From the human T2T-CHM13v2.0 reference genome, Homo sapiens, in the NCBI RefSeq assembly GCF_009914755.1, contig NC_060926.1: 64,000 nt of DNA, one strand, 5' to 3'. Below, piece by piece: positions 28,293-46,988 of the stretch. The position numbers were made by a program, and so were the translations under genes. The notes beneath the pieces were generated by a model that saw only the letters and a list, made by a program, of their open reading frames with translations, was not told the origin of the DNA and made no database searches. Position 1 is the stretch's first letter; each line of letters begins with the position of its first letter.

Positions 28293-30234
28293 GCGGGAAG
28301 GAGAAGAGGCAGAGGATGGTAGAGAGGGAAGGTTTACTTGCTCAGGAGAAAGATCAGATGAACTAGAGAGAGATGGAAGGTAGAGGAGAGAGAGAGGAGA
28401 ATAGATGAAGCCAAGCTGCCAAGGCTGCAGAGCTTTCAGGAGGCGGTTGCCTTTGGACAGGTAGAAGGTAGCACGGCCTCTCAGCTTGGAGGAAGGTAGG
28501 AATGCCGGAGGGGAACATATGTTTCTTGGTGGGGCAGAGGAGTAGGTGCATATAAACAAGGGAATTCCTACCTGATGGCCTCTATTTTCTCAGCAAAGCT
28601 CAAAGGGTGGGAAACACTTAGAAGGGCCATGGTGGGGAAGGGGGAGGTTTGCTGACAGGGACACTAAGAAGTGTTTCTAGGCTGCTCAGCGGCCCACTAG
28701 GCTATGCAGATGATGACTTTGTAGTAGCGCCAATCTGCGTGGGCTGTGATTTTCTCCAGCAGAGCTCAGCAGCCCAGGAGCCCAGATGTCAGAGTGTAGG
28801 AAGAGCTGCCTGATAAGGCTGGGCGGCAGCCAGACCGGAGCAGCAGCAGGGCAAAGGCGGAGAGGAGGGAGGCTGGGCTTAGGCAAAGGAGGGTGATGAG
28901 ATGGCCCAGGAAGCATAGGTGAAGTAGAGAAGGAAATGAAGAAGTTGGGGGGAAGGTTCTGAAGCAGTGACAGAAAAATGGCAGGGGAAAGAGACTACAG
29001 GTTTTGAGGAGGTTGAAAATCTAGCACACTGGGAGTTAGGAGTGGGCGGGCTGGAAGGTGGGAGGCTCTGATCTGAGTGGGCTGGGGAACAATTCAAAGC
29101 AATATGTAATCAAGTGCTAAATAGGCTGGTATGAAATATAAGTGGGCATAAGTGCTAGGGAGGAGGGTGCCACTTGGGAGGGAGTGCTCAGTGTGGATGG
29201 AGGAGCAACCTGGTGCAATTCGCTGCGTTCACATCTACAGCCTGTGCAGCAACCCCAGTGGGGAATTCAAGGTGACAGTGTAGCAAATGGTATCTTGACA
29301 CTCAGAAAACCCTGGGTGGATCAAACCTTTCAGAGGACACAGCAATAATAAAGTCTGGGCTCAATAAAGTCAGAAAGTGAACAGCAGGAGAGAACATGAG
29401 GATTTTCCTAATCCTGCCTATGAAATGTTGCAGTGCTGTGTCATTTGTGCTCTTCCTCCTGCCTTGCCCATTCACTTCCTGCTTCAAGTTGCCCTTCATC
29501 TGATCTCAACATTTCAAGAAGTCTCATGCATATTGTACATTTCCACAGGATAAAGCCATGAATTAATGTGTTTACTGGGCAAGAGGGAGGTGGGTGGGAG
29601 AAATCATCAAAGCGGTCTTTGGTGAAGACAAGGTTTGCAGCTTTTACTCTGGTCCACTAGAAGCCCAAGGCTTCTAGTTAAGAAGTTAACTAGAGAAGTT
29701 AAGCCGCTGGCCTGAAGTAGCACAGGTAGTGAGCAGCAGAGCTCAGACCAGATGCATGACCCCCAGGCCAGGACTCTTTTCTCAACACAGCTCAGGGGAA
29801 GCCAGATGATTTCCTCTCCTGTCTACCTTGTGATTGGTCAAAACTTGAACCTCTGTTTCTTTTATCTCTTAAGCTCTAAACTGGGATGAAGTTTAAACAT
29901 CTGTGGGTTTTGCCTGTCTAACACCCATTGGCCCTCTTTCTTTTGATCCCAGTTTGGCTATAGGAAGCACTACTCCCCTATCTGGGTGGTTCCATTCAGC
30001 AATGACCACTGATCATGTGGCCCAAGGTAGGCCTGCTGGTTGCTGTTGTACTAAGATCCCAGATCATCATTTCCAAGCCCAGTCTTAAAACTGTTTTTCC
30101 TTCTTGTCTGTGAGATATTGCATGTCCTTCCAGAGAAATCCCCATTTCTCACTTTGTGTGAGCAGGGTCTGATACTTGATGCCAAAAAACTCCTGGAGGT
30201 CCCATATTTGCCATCAAACGAAAACACTGCACAC

Positions 30235-31320
30235 TAGGTCAGGATCTGGAAGCACTGCATATCCTGTCTGTCAGCAAATCTTACCAGCGCCGTCTTGAAA
30301 ACATGTCCAGAACTCAGACTACACTTCTCATCACTCCCACTGCCACAGCCCTGGTCCAAGTCACCATCACCTTTGGCCCAGACTTTTTTTTTTTTTTTAA
30401 TAGAGATGAGGTCTCCCTCTGTCACCCAGCCTGGAGCGCAGTGACAAAATCACAGCTCACTGCAGCCTTGAATTCCTGGGCTCAAGTGATCCTCCCACCT
30501 CAGCCTCCTGAGTAGCTGGGACTACAGGCATACACCACTGAATCCAGCCAGATTATTGCAGCAGCCTCCTTGGAGGTCCTGTTTCCATTTGTGCCCTGAA
30601 GTCTGTTCTTCACATAGCAACCAGGAGCATTTTGTTATAATGTAAGTGGGACCATGCCTCTCTTCTGTTCACATCCTCCCAGTGACTCCCCCACCTCACT
30701 CAGAGTAAAGGCAAAGCCCTGACTATGACCTTCACGGCCCACATGGTCTGACCCCGTCACTACCTGACCTTCTCTCTTGCTGCTCTCTCTCTCTGATCCT
30801 CTGCCCCAGCCACACAGACACTCTTGCTGCTCCTCCAGCACTCCAGGCACGTTCACACTTCTGAGCCTCTGCCCATGCTTTCCCCCACTAGAAAGTAAGC
30901 TCCATGAGGGCAGGGAGTTTCATCTGTTTTGCTCATTGCTGTATCCCTAGCATCCAGCAGAATGTGTGGCACAAAATTGGTGCTCACAGCTAGGCACGGT
31001 GGCTCACACCTATAGTTCTAGGATTTTGGGAGACTGAGGCAGGAAGATTGCTCAAGCCCAGGAGTTCAAGACCAGCTTGGGCAACATAGGGAGACCCTGT
31101 GTCTACAAAAAAATTTTAAAATTAGCCAGGCATGATGGTCCATGCCTGTAGTCCTAACTACCTGAGAGGCTGAGATGGGAGGATGACTTGAGCCCGGGAA
31201 GTCAAGGTTTCAGTGAGCCAAGATTGTACCACTGTACGTGAAAGAGTGAGACCCTGTCTCAAAAAAAGAAAAATTCATCAGTTCGGATTTGATGAACGAA
31301 TGGATGAATGAATGAACGAC
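30235..31320 (+). mobile_element. L2 LINE 3' fragment with an Alu monomer (30384-30550, -) and an Alu (30989-31270, +) inserted
   Basis: 'gtaagctccatgagggcagggagtttcatctgttttgctcattgctgtatccctagc' and terminal (TGAA)n. Confidence 0.75.
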
Positions 31321-32764
31321 CAAATATGAACTGAGCAGCCTGGCACTTTATCCTCCTTTCCATCATGCCACCCTCAGCATATACTTCTGACATTCCCTGG
31401 AATGTTGGGTAGATGCTTTTAACACTTGAGGGATCTGCCTTGTGTTGTTTTTTACTGCAGCCATAAGAAACAATCACTTTGTAAAATGTTTGTTTCTAGA
31501 CATGAAACTGAAAGGCTATTTTGATATATACAAAAATCATAATTTTTAAAATCAGAAGGAAGCAAACCAAAACAAAGTGCATAAACATATAAATATGTCT
31601 TTGGAGATTCATTGCATAAATTCCCCAGAACCTTTTCTCAGAAGTATTTCACTTTGCTTCAATACTGCCTTGCACTGGAGAATTCCACAAATTTTCTATT
31701 AATTGCCCTTGAAGGTGTTTGCTTCCTGGAAGAAGCACATTATAAGTTATGGAAACAGAAAACCAGGATATTTTTATAAGAATCTCAGCCTGAGTTTGGG
31801 GCCTACCGCAAGCATCTGAAGAATAGCTTGTGCCAGCCACAAACCCATTTGAAGGTCTCAGGGTCCCTACTCCTGGGTAATACTATCACCAAGGTGAAAG
31901 GATGCGAACTGAAATGGCCAGAGATCGCTCTGAGATAGATTTTGCTCATTGTCCCCGGACTTCCCACAGATATTCCCCTAGGCTCAGGAAATTCTATCTC
32001 CCTGATTTCAAGTGCTGCCTAAAATGTAATGATGCAGAAACAGAATTTCCCTGAGCTCTCTCTGACCTCCCCTTCCATTCTCCACTCAAACAGACCTAAA
32101 AAACAAATGTACGGAAAATCTCCTACTGGCCCATGAAAACTCGTTTTGCAACCCCTTAACTCTATTGCAGCAGAATGTTTTAGGCAGGGCTGGCAAAGCT
32201 TATCTTCAGTGTTTATCTTATTTCCCCACTTCCGCCTCTTCACCTTTCCTTACCCCCTTCCCCTATCAAAACTCACTCTCAGGACAGATTATGTTATGAG
32301 TCATTTATGCTTTGGGATTCATTTCAATGCCAGTGTTTTCTCTTTTCCAGAGATGATTATGTTTTTGACTACATTTCTCAGTTTAGGCATCAACTGTCTG
32401 GGGAAGAGAAGAATAAGAGGAGCAAGAAGCCCATCTTTGTATCTCTGAAATATTACAATAGCACCAACGACCATTTACTGAACACTTACTGTGTACCTTA
32501 CAGTGTACCAGGCACTTTGCAAATAGGATACCACTTAAATAGTGAGTTCAGATTAAATGATTTAATACATGTGTTTAGCACAGTGTCTGGCACACAGCAA
32601 ATATTCAATTCAAAGTAGCTACTATTTTTAAAAAGTAATAATCTTTATAACAACCCTATGAGACAGGTATTACCTCATTTAGTAGACAAAGAAACAAAGT
32701 TGAGTGACTTTCCAAACTTACTCAGATGATAGACACAGGACTAGGATTTCAGTCCAGATATATC

Positions 32765-32848
32765 TGACTCTAAAGAATATGCTTTTTTCATAACACCATT
32801 TGGATTTGACTCTAAAGAATATGCTTTTTTCATAACACCATTTGGATT
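32765..32848 (+). repeat. Perfect 42-bp tandem duplication
   Basis: TGACTCTAAAGAATATGCTTTTTTCATAACACCATTTGGATT twice (32765-32806, 32807-32848). Confidence 0.95.
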
Positions 32849-33038
32849 CCAAACCACAAAAGCCTCTGCTTAATCTGCCTACCAGTGAGTATAGCCTGAA
32901 ACTTGGGCACATGAAGAACTATGTCCTAAAATGCTTCATTTTTAATAAGACTTTATTTACCATGAAGAGCCTGAGAAGAGATGAGAGTCCCTAAAGTCCT
33001 GAAATGTCAGAGTCAAGCTCCAGCATAAGCCCCTTTGA

Positions 33039-33432
<394 letters not shown>

Positions 33433-34914
33433 TAATTAGTATATAATGATGCTAATCCATGCCCCACTTCTTTCTTATATCTCTATAACCCTCACATCCA
33501 GGTATTCTCTCTCCATTCAACATAGCCCACAAGAGAATCAGGCTGCATGCATTTCCAGAAAAGTGAGTGTGTGGCTTCCTGCCCAGGGTGGTGGTGACTT
33601 TGGTTAAAACTTAGTGTTAATAGGGTCATCCCTGAATGAACCAGGTAGAACACCACCAAAATAAAACCCCCTGATTCCATGTCTAGCCACCTCCCAAACT
33701 GCAGCTGTTGGTTCACAAAGGCAACAGTCTAAGTAGGTCTAGTGGCTATAAAAAACAACTCAGCCCAGTGCCTAGGCACAACAACACATTCATTCATGGC
33801 GTCTGTCCTACCAGCCTCTTGGGCATGGAGGAATATTTGTGCTAGGATATGGCCTCCCTCAAATGCTCGCCTGCACATGTGCTGACCACAGGGATTGCTT
33901 TTTATTCCTTGTGAAAAATGCAATACAGCTTCACCTTTGATATTCTGTGTAGTGCCCTCTTTCAGCTGAATTCAAAATAAAATCTTTCTAGAAGATATTC
34001 CCCTCTGCAGGCTGCTTTGAGGCCTGAACATGAAGCAGTCTGGGAGGCAAGCTGCATGGTTCTTGTTTAAATCAGTTTCCCGGGATCTACCCTGATGGAT
34101 ACAGAGTGATGTCTCCCAACAAGCTTGAGCAAAACTAGGGGGACTGCCTGCCCCCTTCGGGAGAGAAGTCTAAACAATGTGAGGAAGTCATTTCAGGGCT
34201 TCTCCAAGGTTCTGTTCATCAGACATGAAGGCTGATTAGGTACCGATCATCCTTTGTGGTCATTTTACCTCTAAATCATATAAAGATATGGAGACTTTGT
34301 AGTGCTATCCATAAACAGGTATACTTTAAAAAGTTATCTTTCCATGTGAGAGAACATTGATCTACAAGGCTCTTCATTCTTCTTGTTCAGTTTTGTCTAT
34401 CAATACTCCTTCAGCCAAATCTCATTTCTGGCTTTAATGGGGGCTCACAACTCGGCTGATATGGTCACAACAACTGGTAAGGTCTTGAGACAGCCTGGCA
34501 GCCAGGTCACTGCTACAATGGCTGGATCTCTGGTCCGCAGTGTCAGGGTTTCCTGGGTAACTGGCAGGGAAAGACTGCTGTGCTGGAGCTCCCTGGGCCC
34601 TGAGCAGGACCTAACTGCAACTTTTGCCCTCCAGGATTCTGATGGCATCAGGACTGTGGGCAGCAACAAGGCCTGCTCAGGTGCTGGGCACAGAGCCCAG
34701 ACAAGGAAGGCTGGAGCAAGGCTGAATGCAGATTAGGGGACGGGCAGGGGATTAGGTAAGACTGGAAAGTATCACTAGAAATCTGTCAGACAGCAAGGGA
34801 AGCTTGGGAGCCAGATCAGAACAGAGTGATAGGTGAGGAGTCCATCTAGGAAGACACTATGTGGAAATCAGAAGGCAACCTGTTGAAAGCAAACCAGGAA
34901 AATAGTTTTAAAAA

Positions 34915-37530
<2,616 letters not shown>

Positions 37531-38765
37531 AAGGAAGAAGGAAAAAACCTACACTGTACCATCAATAGGCAACACAGGGTCATGGGTAGAAACTAGGCTC
37601 TGGAGGCTTCACTGGATTTGGATTCAGGCTCTGTGACATGAGTGACCTTGACCAAATCATGTGATCTATTTAAGCTTTGTTTTCTTCATCTGTAAAATGG
37701 GAGTAATGACAGTGTTATGAAGAAAAAATTATCTGGTATTTGTAAAGTACTTAGGACAGTAGCAAAAGAACAGTAAATGTTGGCTATCGTCCTCATCCTC
37801 CTCCTTCTCCTCATCATCATTTGTAAGGCTGCTGATTGAAATGCAAGGCACACAGACAGCTAGTAGAGATCAGCATTCAGGTGGTTGGTTAGAAGGGAGT
37901 ATAAGAAATCAAGAATTCAAGTCACACTGGCTTACCCAGAAGTCCCACCACCCCAAGGAATGATGTTTTCAGGCAAATTTCTGACTAGCCTGAGGCCAGT
38001 CCTCAGGTTTTGCAGGCTAGAATTTGCAAGAGAGAGAGAGAGGTTTCTAGCTGACACCTTGTTGGTATGGCGCCAGTAACATTAGAAGATGGACTCTCCT
38101 TTGTTTCTCTTGCCCGGAAGTAATTTCCTGGCATATCAGGGGGACCACCTGTCAGCACTCCAAAGCTTTTCACTTAACCACCCTTCATCCCCCATGGCTC
38201 ACACTGGATCTGGGTGCCACCTGAGAGGACCAGTGCCTTCTGAGCTTCCTTCTGGTCTGGGTAATCACAGCACATCCTCAGTTCCTATCCCAGAATAGCA
38301 ACAGGCAGCAGCAATGCTATCAGCAACTGGCCACTCATGGCAAGGGCTGCAAAACCTGCAGAGAAAAACACAAGGCTTGGGTGGAAACACTGGACTAATG
38401 GGGATGAAGGATGGGGAGGGGAGATGGTTGGCCAGAAATTGAAAGAGCTTTCTCCAGGATCCATCGTAGGGCCAAGTAAGCACAAATCCCAAAGAATGTG
38501 GAATCAGCAGTCAGGGCTGTGGTGGGATCCAGCTGACCAGAAGCCTGGGCCCAGGCAATTTCATTATCTGGGAGAAATTCCTACAGGAGCAAGGAGGAGG
38601 AAAAAAGTGGGGGAAAGGATCATTCCAATTAATAGCTGAGCTAGACCAGCAACTGGATCTCTGAGAGGGCTTGCACCTGAGTCAATGGTGCTGCATGGTA
38701 GGAAGGTGTCTCGGCTTGAAAGAACCACAGCAAAGCATCGGGACTCCCAAGAGTTCATGGCACAG

Positions 38766-39076
<311 letters not shown>

Positions 39077-39094
39077 TCAAAGTCCAGCTCCACT

Positions 39095-40717
<1,623 letters not shown>

Positions 40718-40806
40718 GCCACTGGTTAACTACGCCATCACCTGAGGTTATCAGTCTCTAGGCTCTGCTTCCTTATCTTAGATGGGGACACCTAAAAAGA
40801 AGTTGT

Positions 40807-41226
<420 letters not shown>

Positions 41227-41852
41227 TCACCGCCTCACTGAGCCTTTCTTCCCCTTAGGTAAACCCAGTTCACTCAGGCAGAAGCAAGAGGAAGAACATT
41301 CCTCCAGCTCCTCCTCATGCAGGCCCGAGAGGTGGGAGGGCATTCTGCCAGCCCAGTATATCCACTTTGCTTCGACAAATGTCAGCCTGCCCAGAATAAG
41401 GAAGTACACACAGCCGGGAAAGGTAAATCCAAACCCTGAAAAGACAGATACTGAGCATTTGAAATAACACAGCTTGCAGCGTCCTTGCGGAGCCCTGTTT
41501 ATGGGGCAATAAACCATTTAAACGACTCTGTGTTGGAACCCACAAGGTCGCCTTGAAAGGCTTTTCACAGACACTGCTAGTAGGGCTCCAGGACGTCTGG
41601 AGGGCCAGGATGGGGTGTCTTTTTGGCTTCTGCTTGAAGCTGCTGGTTCCCCTCCATCAGGAACGCCAGCCCCTGGAGAGGCTGCCATGAGGTGAGTACC
41701 CTGGGGAAGATCCCAGAGTTCAGGCTGGGCAGCCTGCATCATGGGTACTAAGGGCCAAGTCTGTGTCTTCTGCCTTGTGGTGAGGAAGAGAGAAATTATT
41801 TCTTGCTTGGGGATATTGGGAGGAAGGGCTATGGTGTGGTGAGAAAAGCGTG

Positions 41853-42018
41853 AGCTGTGTGCGGTGGTAAGTGCCTGGAGTCCCTGCTATTTGGGAGGCT
41901 GAGGCAGGAGGATCGCTGGAGCCCAGGAATTTGAGGCTGTAATGTGCTATAATCACACCTGTGAATGGCCACTACACTCCAGCCTAGCAACACAGACTTC
42001 ATCTCTTAAATTTAAAAA
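41853..42018 (+). mobile_element. FAM (fossil Alu monomer, 7SL-derived)
   Basis: Monomer retains the 7SL-like segment 'gctgtaatgtgctataatcacacctgtgaatggccactacactccagcc'. Confidence 0.75.
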
Positions 42019-42024
42019 AGCATG

Positions 42025-42240
42025 ACCTAAACGTGAATTTCAATCCTATGTTTGTTGCCTAACCTTGGCAAATGTACTTGCCCTCTCTATGACTCAGTTT
42101 TATCACCCGTAAGATGGGAATAATAGCAATAATATGCCTAATAGAGTTTTTGTGAGAATTAAATGAGATTATATATAGACAATGGGCTTAGCAAAGGGCC
42201 TGGCACTTCGTAAGTGCAAAAAAAAAATTAGTCATTGTCA
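42025..42240. mobile_element. MIR SINE relic
   Basis: 'ctcagttttatcacccgtaagatgggaataatag...gtgagaattaaatgagat'. Confidence 0.7.
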
Positions 42241-44009
42241 AGAATGTTATCGCTACACCCATCTTTTTCCATCTGGTTACTCTTCTCCCAGCTCCAACAG
42301 AGCAATGGCCCCTGGGAGGCTAAGAGATAATAACTCACCATCTACTTCTGGGAGGGTAATAAACACACCCAAGTAGCTCACATTAACGCAGACTCCGATC
42401 AACTCTTGCAGCCCGGCAGAGTCCAGAGGCTGCTGGAGGCAAAGGGCAGAAGCTGGGGAGAGCCAAGGGGCTGGGGCCAGGTGGACTTCGAGCAGACAGC
42501 CTGCAGAACAGTGCCAGTGGCTTCTTTGGGCAGCACTTTTTGGGCAGTACTCTTTGACATAGGCCTGGCGAAGCTGGACATGACTAAATACCCGTTTGTA
42601 GAAGGCAAAATAGTCGGAGGAGACCCTCTGTTTTGAAAACCCACCAGCACTCCTAGGAAATACAATCTGCTGATGTTAGAAAGCAGATGTGTAGCAGGAG
42701 AGAGGGTAACACCAAGGGAACGGGCCAGCTGGTCCGCAGGAGTGTTCCCAAGGCCATAGCATGCCTTGGTGACTTCTTCTAGGTCTGGGACTACCCTGTA
42801 TCAGGCTCTAAAATTTAATGTGGTCAACAGGCTGAGGGTAGATTTGCCTACTGGGGATAGACTAGTATCAACCAAGATCATAAAACATGAATATATAGAC
42901 GAGACTACGAATTCTTTCTCTCCTTTTCTCACTCTTTCTCTTCCTCTCTCTCTTTTCCTTATATTTACTGAATACCTACTATATATATGCTAGGTAGCTA
43001 TAAATAAAAGCATCTACCTTAATAGAGCATGCATACTAGTCGGGGAGATTAAAACATGGCCATCTATGTAAATAACAGCAGAGAATCATAAGCACCAGGA
43101 AGGCCACACAGCAGGGGTAGGCAGGGCTTGTGAGGAAGGGGCACACTTGGCCAAGGTAAGGCCTCTCTGAGGAGGTGGCCTGTGAGCCAGGATGGAGGAA
43201 AGGCATTCTAGGCAAGGAGCCTTGCGAAACAACTGCCCAGTAGCCCGGGATCCCTGCACACCTTTTCCTGGCAGTCTCCCAGCGCAGGGAGATGAGCTAT
43301 AGTCAGAACGAGGACCCAAGCAAGCGAGGAATTAATCTCAGGTACTGACTGGTCCATGGAGGGCTGCAGTGGTCTCTCACCACCCCAAATCTCACCCTGG
43401 CCAGGGCCGAGATGTTTGCGGATCTAGGCTGCTCCCCACAGCAGTGCTGGAGGGGCTGTCCCATTGTCCCTTCATCCACACATCCTATCCCCAGATTAGT
43501 TAATGCAACTTAGTGGGCTGCCATTACGTTTTGCTTGGGTAAAATATCCAAATTGTTTAACCTCTCTGCACGTGTTTTCTCATCTACAAAATAAGGATGA
43601 GAGCTAGCTTGCAAGGCTCTGGGGTGGAGATGAAGATTCAGCAAAGAAGTTAAGTTTCATAAAGCTATCATGCTTGCTAGCAGGCATTCCATAGACAGTT
43701 AGTTTAAATTGCTGTTATTCATATTATATTGATTATTCTGCCCCAGCCTGTGAGCCGTGTCAACTCTTAGAGGAACAGCAATAGAGCACAGGAATGGCAC
43801 ATAGAACATGGGCTCTGAGCACAAAAACGAGCTGTGTAACTCAAGTTATTTAAACTCTCTCTGCCTCATTTGCCTCATCTGCATACTGGGGTTACTAACA
43901 GACCCTACCTCATGGAGTTTGGGAGGATTAAATGAGTTCATCCGTATAAAGCTGTTAGTACGGCGTCTGGCACCTGGTAAGGGCCCAGATGTCCACTGCT
44001 GTAGTGTAT

Positions 44010-44500
44010 TGCAGTAGATTGTTTCCAAAGGTGGCTGCAACAATTTGTCCCATTGAAATATGAAGAGACAGAGTCTGTTTCCTTCCCCTTGAATCTTGGC
44101 TGGCCCTATGACTTGTGGAAGAAGTGACGTTCTGGGACTTCTGGGCCATAAGAGTCCTTGCAGCTTCCATTTTTACCCTCTAGAAAGCCAGTTTCCACGT
44201 AAAGAAATCTAAGCAACTTGCTAGGGAGGCCACATGGAGACAGTGAAACCCCAGAGGATGAGAAACCACTTGAAAAAGAGCGAAGGCACCCAGTGGACAG
44301 CCAGCACCCGCCGCCGGATGTGAATGAGGCTGTCTTGCATTCCTAAGATGCTGCAGCTGACATGAGGTGAAGCAAAGATGAGTGTCCCAGCTGAGCCTGG
44401 CCAAGCTCCTGACTCACGGAATCCTGAAAAATAAATGGTTGTCATTTTATGTTGTTACATATTGGAGTGGTTTGTTAAACAGCAATAGGTTACTGAAATA
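44010..44500 (+). mobile_element. MLT1-family MaLR LTR
   Basis: 'cccttgaatcttggctggccctatgactt...gaagtgacgttctgggacttc...ggtttgttaaacagcaataggttactgaaata'. Confidence 0.75.
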
Positions 44501-44935
44501 TATATGTACAAACATACATATACACACATATGAAATACATAAATACATAACATACACACATATACACATGACTTCACCCATTATGTGTTGATTTTCTAGT
44601 TTCATTCTCATAGACTAACCTATGGCATCTTGGCATCTCTTTAATATCCTACCTATATAATCAACCAGAGGGAGTTAAGTCAAAGGGTAAAATAATCCAG
44701 AAAAAGTGAAAAGTCATAGTCTCCACTCTTGGGACGCTTACGGTTAAAATGACTAAGGTACCATGAAACACAGATTTTAAAGCCCTCACATTTGCATAAA
44801 GTTTTGGACTTTCAAGGAACTATCAAAAATCATATTGATTTTCCTTCAAAGCATCTAAAAGCAAATAGTTAACACTTTGACGAATATTTTTTAAGTGCCA
44901 GGCACTAATCTAAGCGCTATACATGTAATGCATAG

Positions 44936-45449
44936 TGTGGCAAGTTGTACTTTCTGCAGATGGCTGCCATGATATTTCCCATCCTACATGCTCTTCCTGA
45001 ACCATGATGTTGACACTCCACCCATCGAGTGGTGGGGTCTATGTTCCCTCTTTTTTAACCTGGGTTGGGCTTTGTGACTGCATTGGCCAACAGAATACAT
45101 CAAAAGTGAAGCTATGTGACTTCCAAGGCTAGATCATAAACATGCCACACACTTCTGCCTAGCTTGCTTTTAGAAACTAGCCTCCATGCTGGGAGAAAGC
45201 ACAAGTCGCATAGAAAGACCACATTGTAGATATTTTGGCTGACAGCCAGCATCCACCACCACACATGTGAGTGAGCAAGGCTTCGAGATGATTCTGGCTC
45301 TAGCCCCAGCCATTGTCTGACTGCCATGGCATGAGAAACGCTGAACAAGAACCACCTCCTCGGGTCCAGTCAATCCCCATTAAATGATTGTTGTTTTAAG
45401 CCACCAAATTTTGAGATGATTTTTTATACAGCAATAAATAACCAGGACA
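44936..45449 (+). mobile_element. MLT1-family MaLR LTR
   Basis: 'tgtgacttccaaggctagatcataaa...ttgttttaagccaccaaattttgag...cagcaataaataaccaggaca'. Confidence 0.75.
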
Positions 45450-45579
45450 CACGGTTACTTCAATGATTATTTGATTGCCTACATCCCCCTACCAAAGTGT
45501 AAGCTAAAAGAAAGTGGAAACTGAGTTTGTCTTATTTACAGCTGTGTCCCTAGGATCTAGTTCGAGTAGATTTCTGTTA

Positions 45580-45894
<315 letters not shown>

Positions 45895-46690
45895 GAATTT
45901 GTTAAATGAATGAACATGGCATTGCTCTTATGAGGTGCTGGATGAGGTCAGTAAGGCAGGCATTCTTATTTTGTAGATAAGGAAAACTAAGCCCAGAGAG
46001 GTTAAGTGACTTGTCTGAAGTCACACATCCAATAGCTGTCAGAGGTAGCTTAATACCGCCACTGTGGGGATTAAGTTTCAACAGGAATTTTGGAGTGGAC
46101 ACATTCAAACCATAGCATGGTCCGAAGCAACAGGCTAACCATGAGGAGAAGTTGGCCCCAGGAATAGATCTCTGTTCCCAGAGCAAACTCTTTTAAGGCG
46201 AAGGCAGCTGCAACACTGATGAGAGAAGATGACATGACTCCTCCTGTCTTGGAAACAGACTGCAGACCAGCAGAGGGGAGAAATGTTCCCCATGTTCTCC
46301 TTTATCCCCTTTCTTCCAGCCTTCCCAAATTTGACAGTCCATTTTCTTACCAATGGAGGGAAAAATGATAACTAAGATTTCTCTTGAATCTTGGCAACAG
46401 AGCTCAGGCTTTTATTAGCATGCAGTAAAAATGACATTAACCTCAATAACAAATAAATTAAATCCTGGTTGGCTCAGAGTTTAACATCTTGGCCTTTCTA
46501 AGTTAACTTACCAAGTGATTTACTTCCTTAGTGCCTTTAACCCGATATCCTCAGTAGCTGGCCTTCTTGTGGATGCCACTTATCTTACCTTACAGCTGTG
46601 TGTCCCTAGGACACACAGTAGATCCTTGGGATACAAATCCCAGACAAACCTGAAAATGAGCTTTCGAAACAAGCCATAAGGAGTAAATGT

Positions 46691-46988
46691 GGCCGGGTGC
46701 GGTGGCTTACGCCTGTAATCCCAGCAATTTGGGAGGCCAAGGCAGGAGGATCTTTTGAACCTAGGAGTTCGAGACCAGCTTGGACAACATGGTGAAACCC
46801 TGTCTCTACAAAAAATTTAAAAAATTAGGCAGGCATAGTGGCATGCACTTGGAATCCCAGCTACTCAGGAGGCTGGCGGGGGAGGATCACCTGAGCCCAA
46901 GAGGTTAAGGCTGCAGCAAGCCATGGTGCTGCCACTGCACTCCAGCCTGGGCGACAGAGGGGGATCCTGTTTAAAAAAATTTAAAAAG
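46691..46988 (+). mobile_element. AluJ element
   Basis: Diverged full dimer. Confidence 0.9.

Noticed and set aside
32765-32848. CRISPR-like or minisatellite array
   Set aside because: Only two abutting copies with no spacers, in eukaryotic DNA.
41853-42018. 7SL RNA gene
   Set aside because: It lacks the 7SL S-domain and is diverged, consistent with a fossil Alu monomer.
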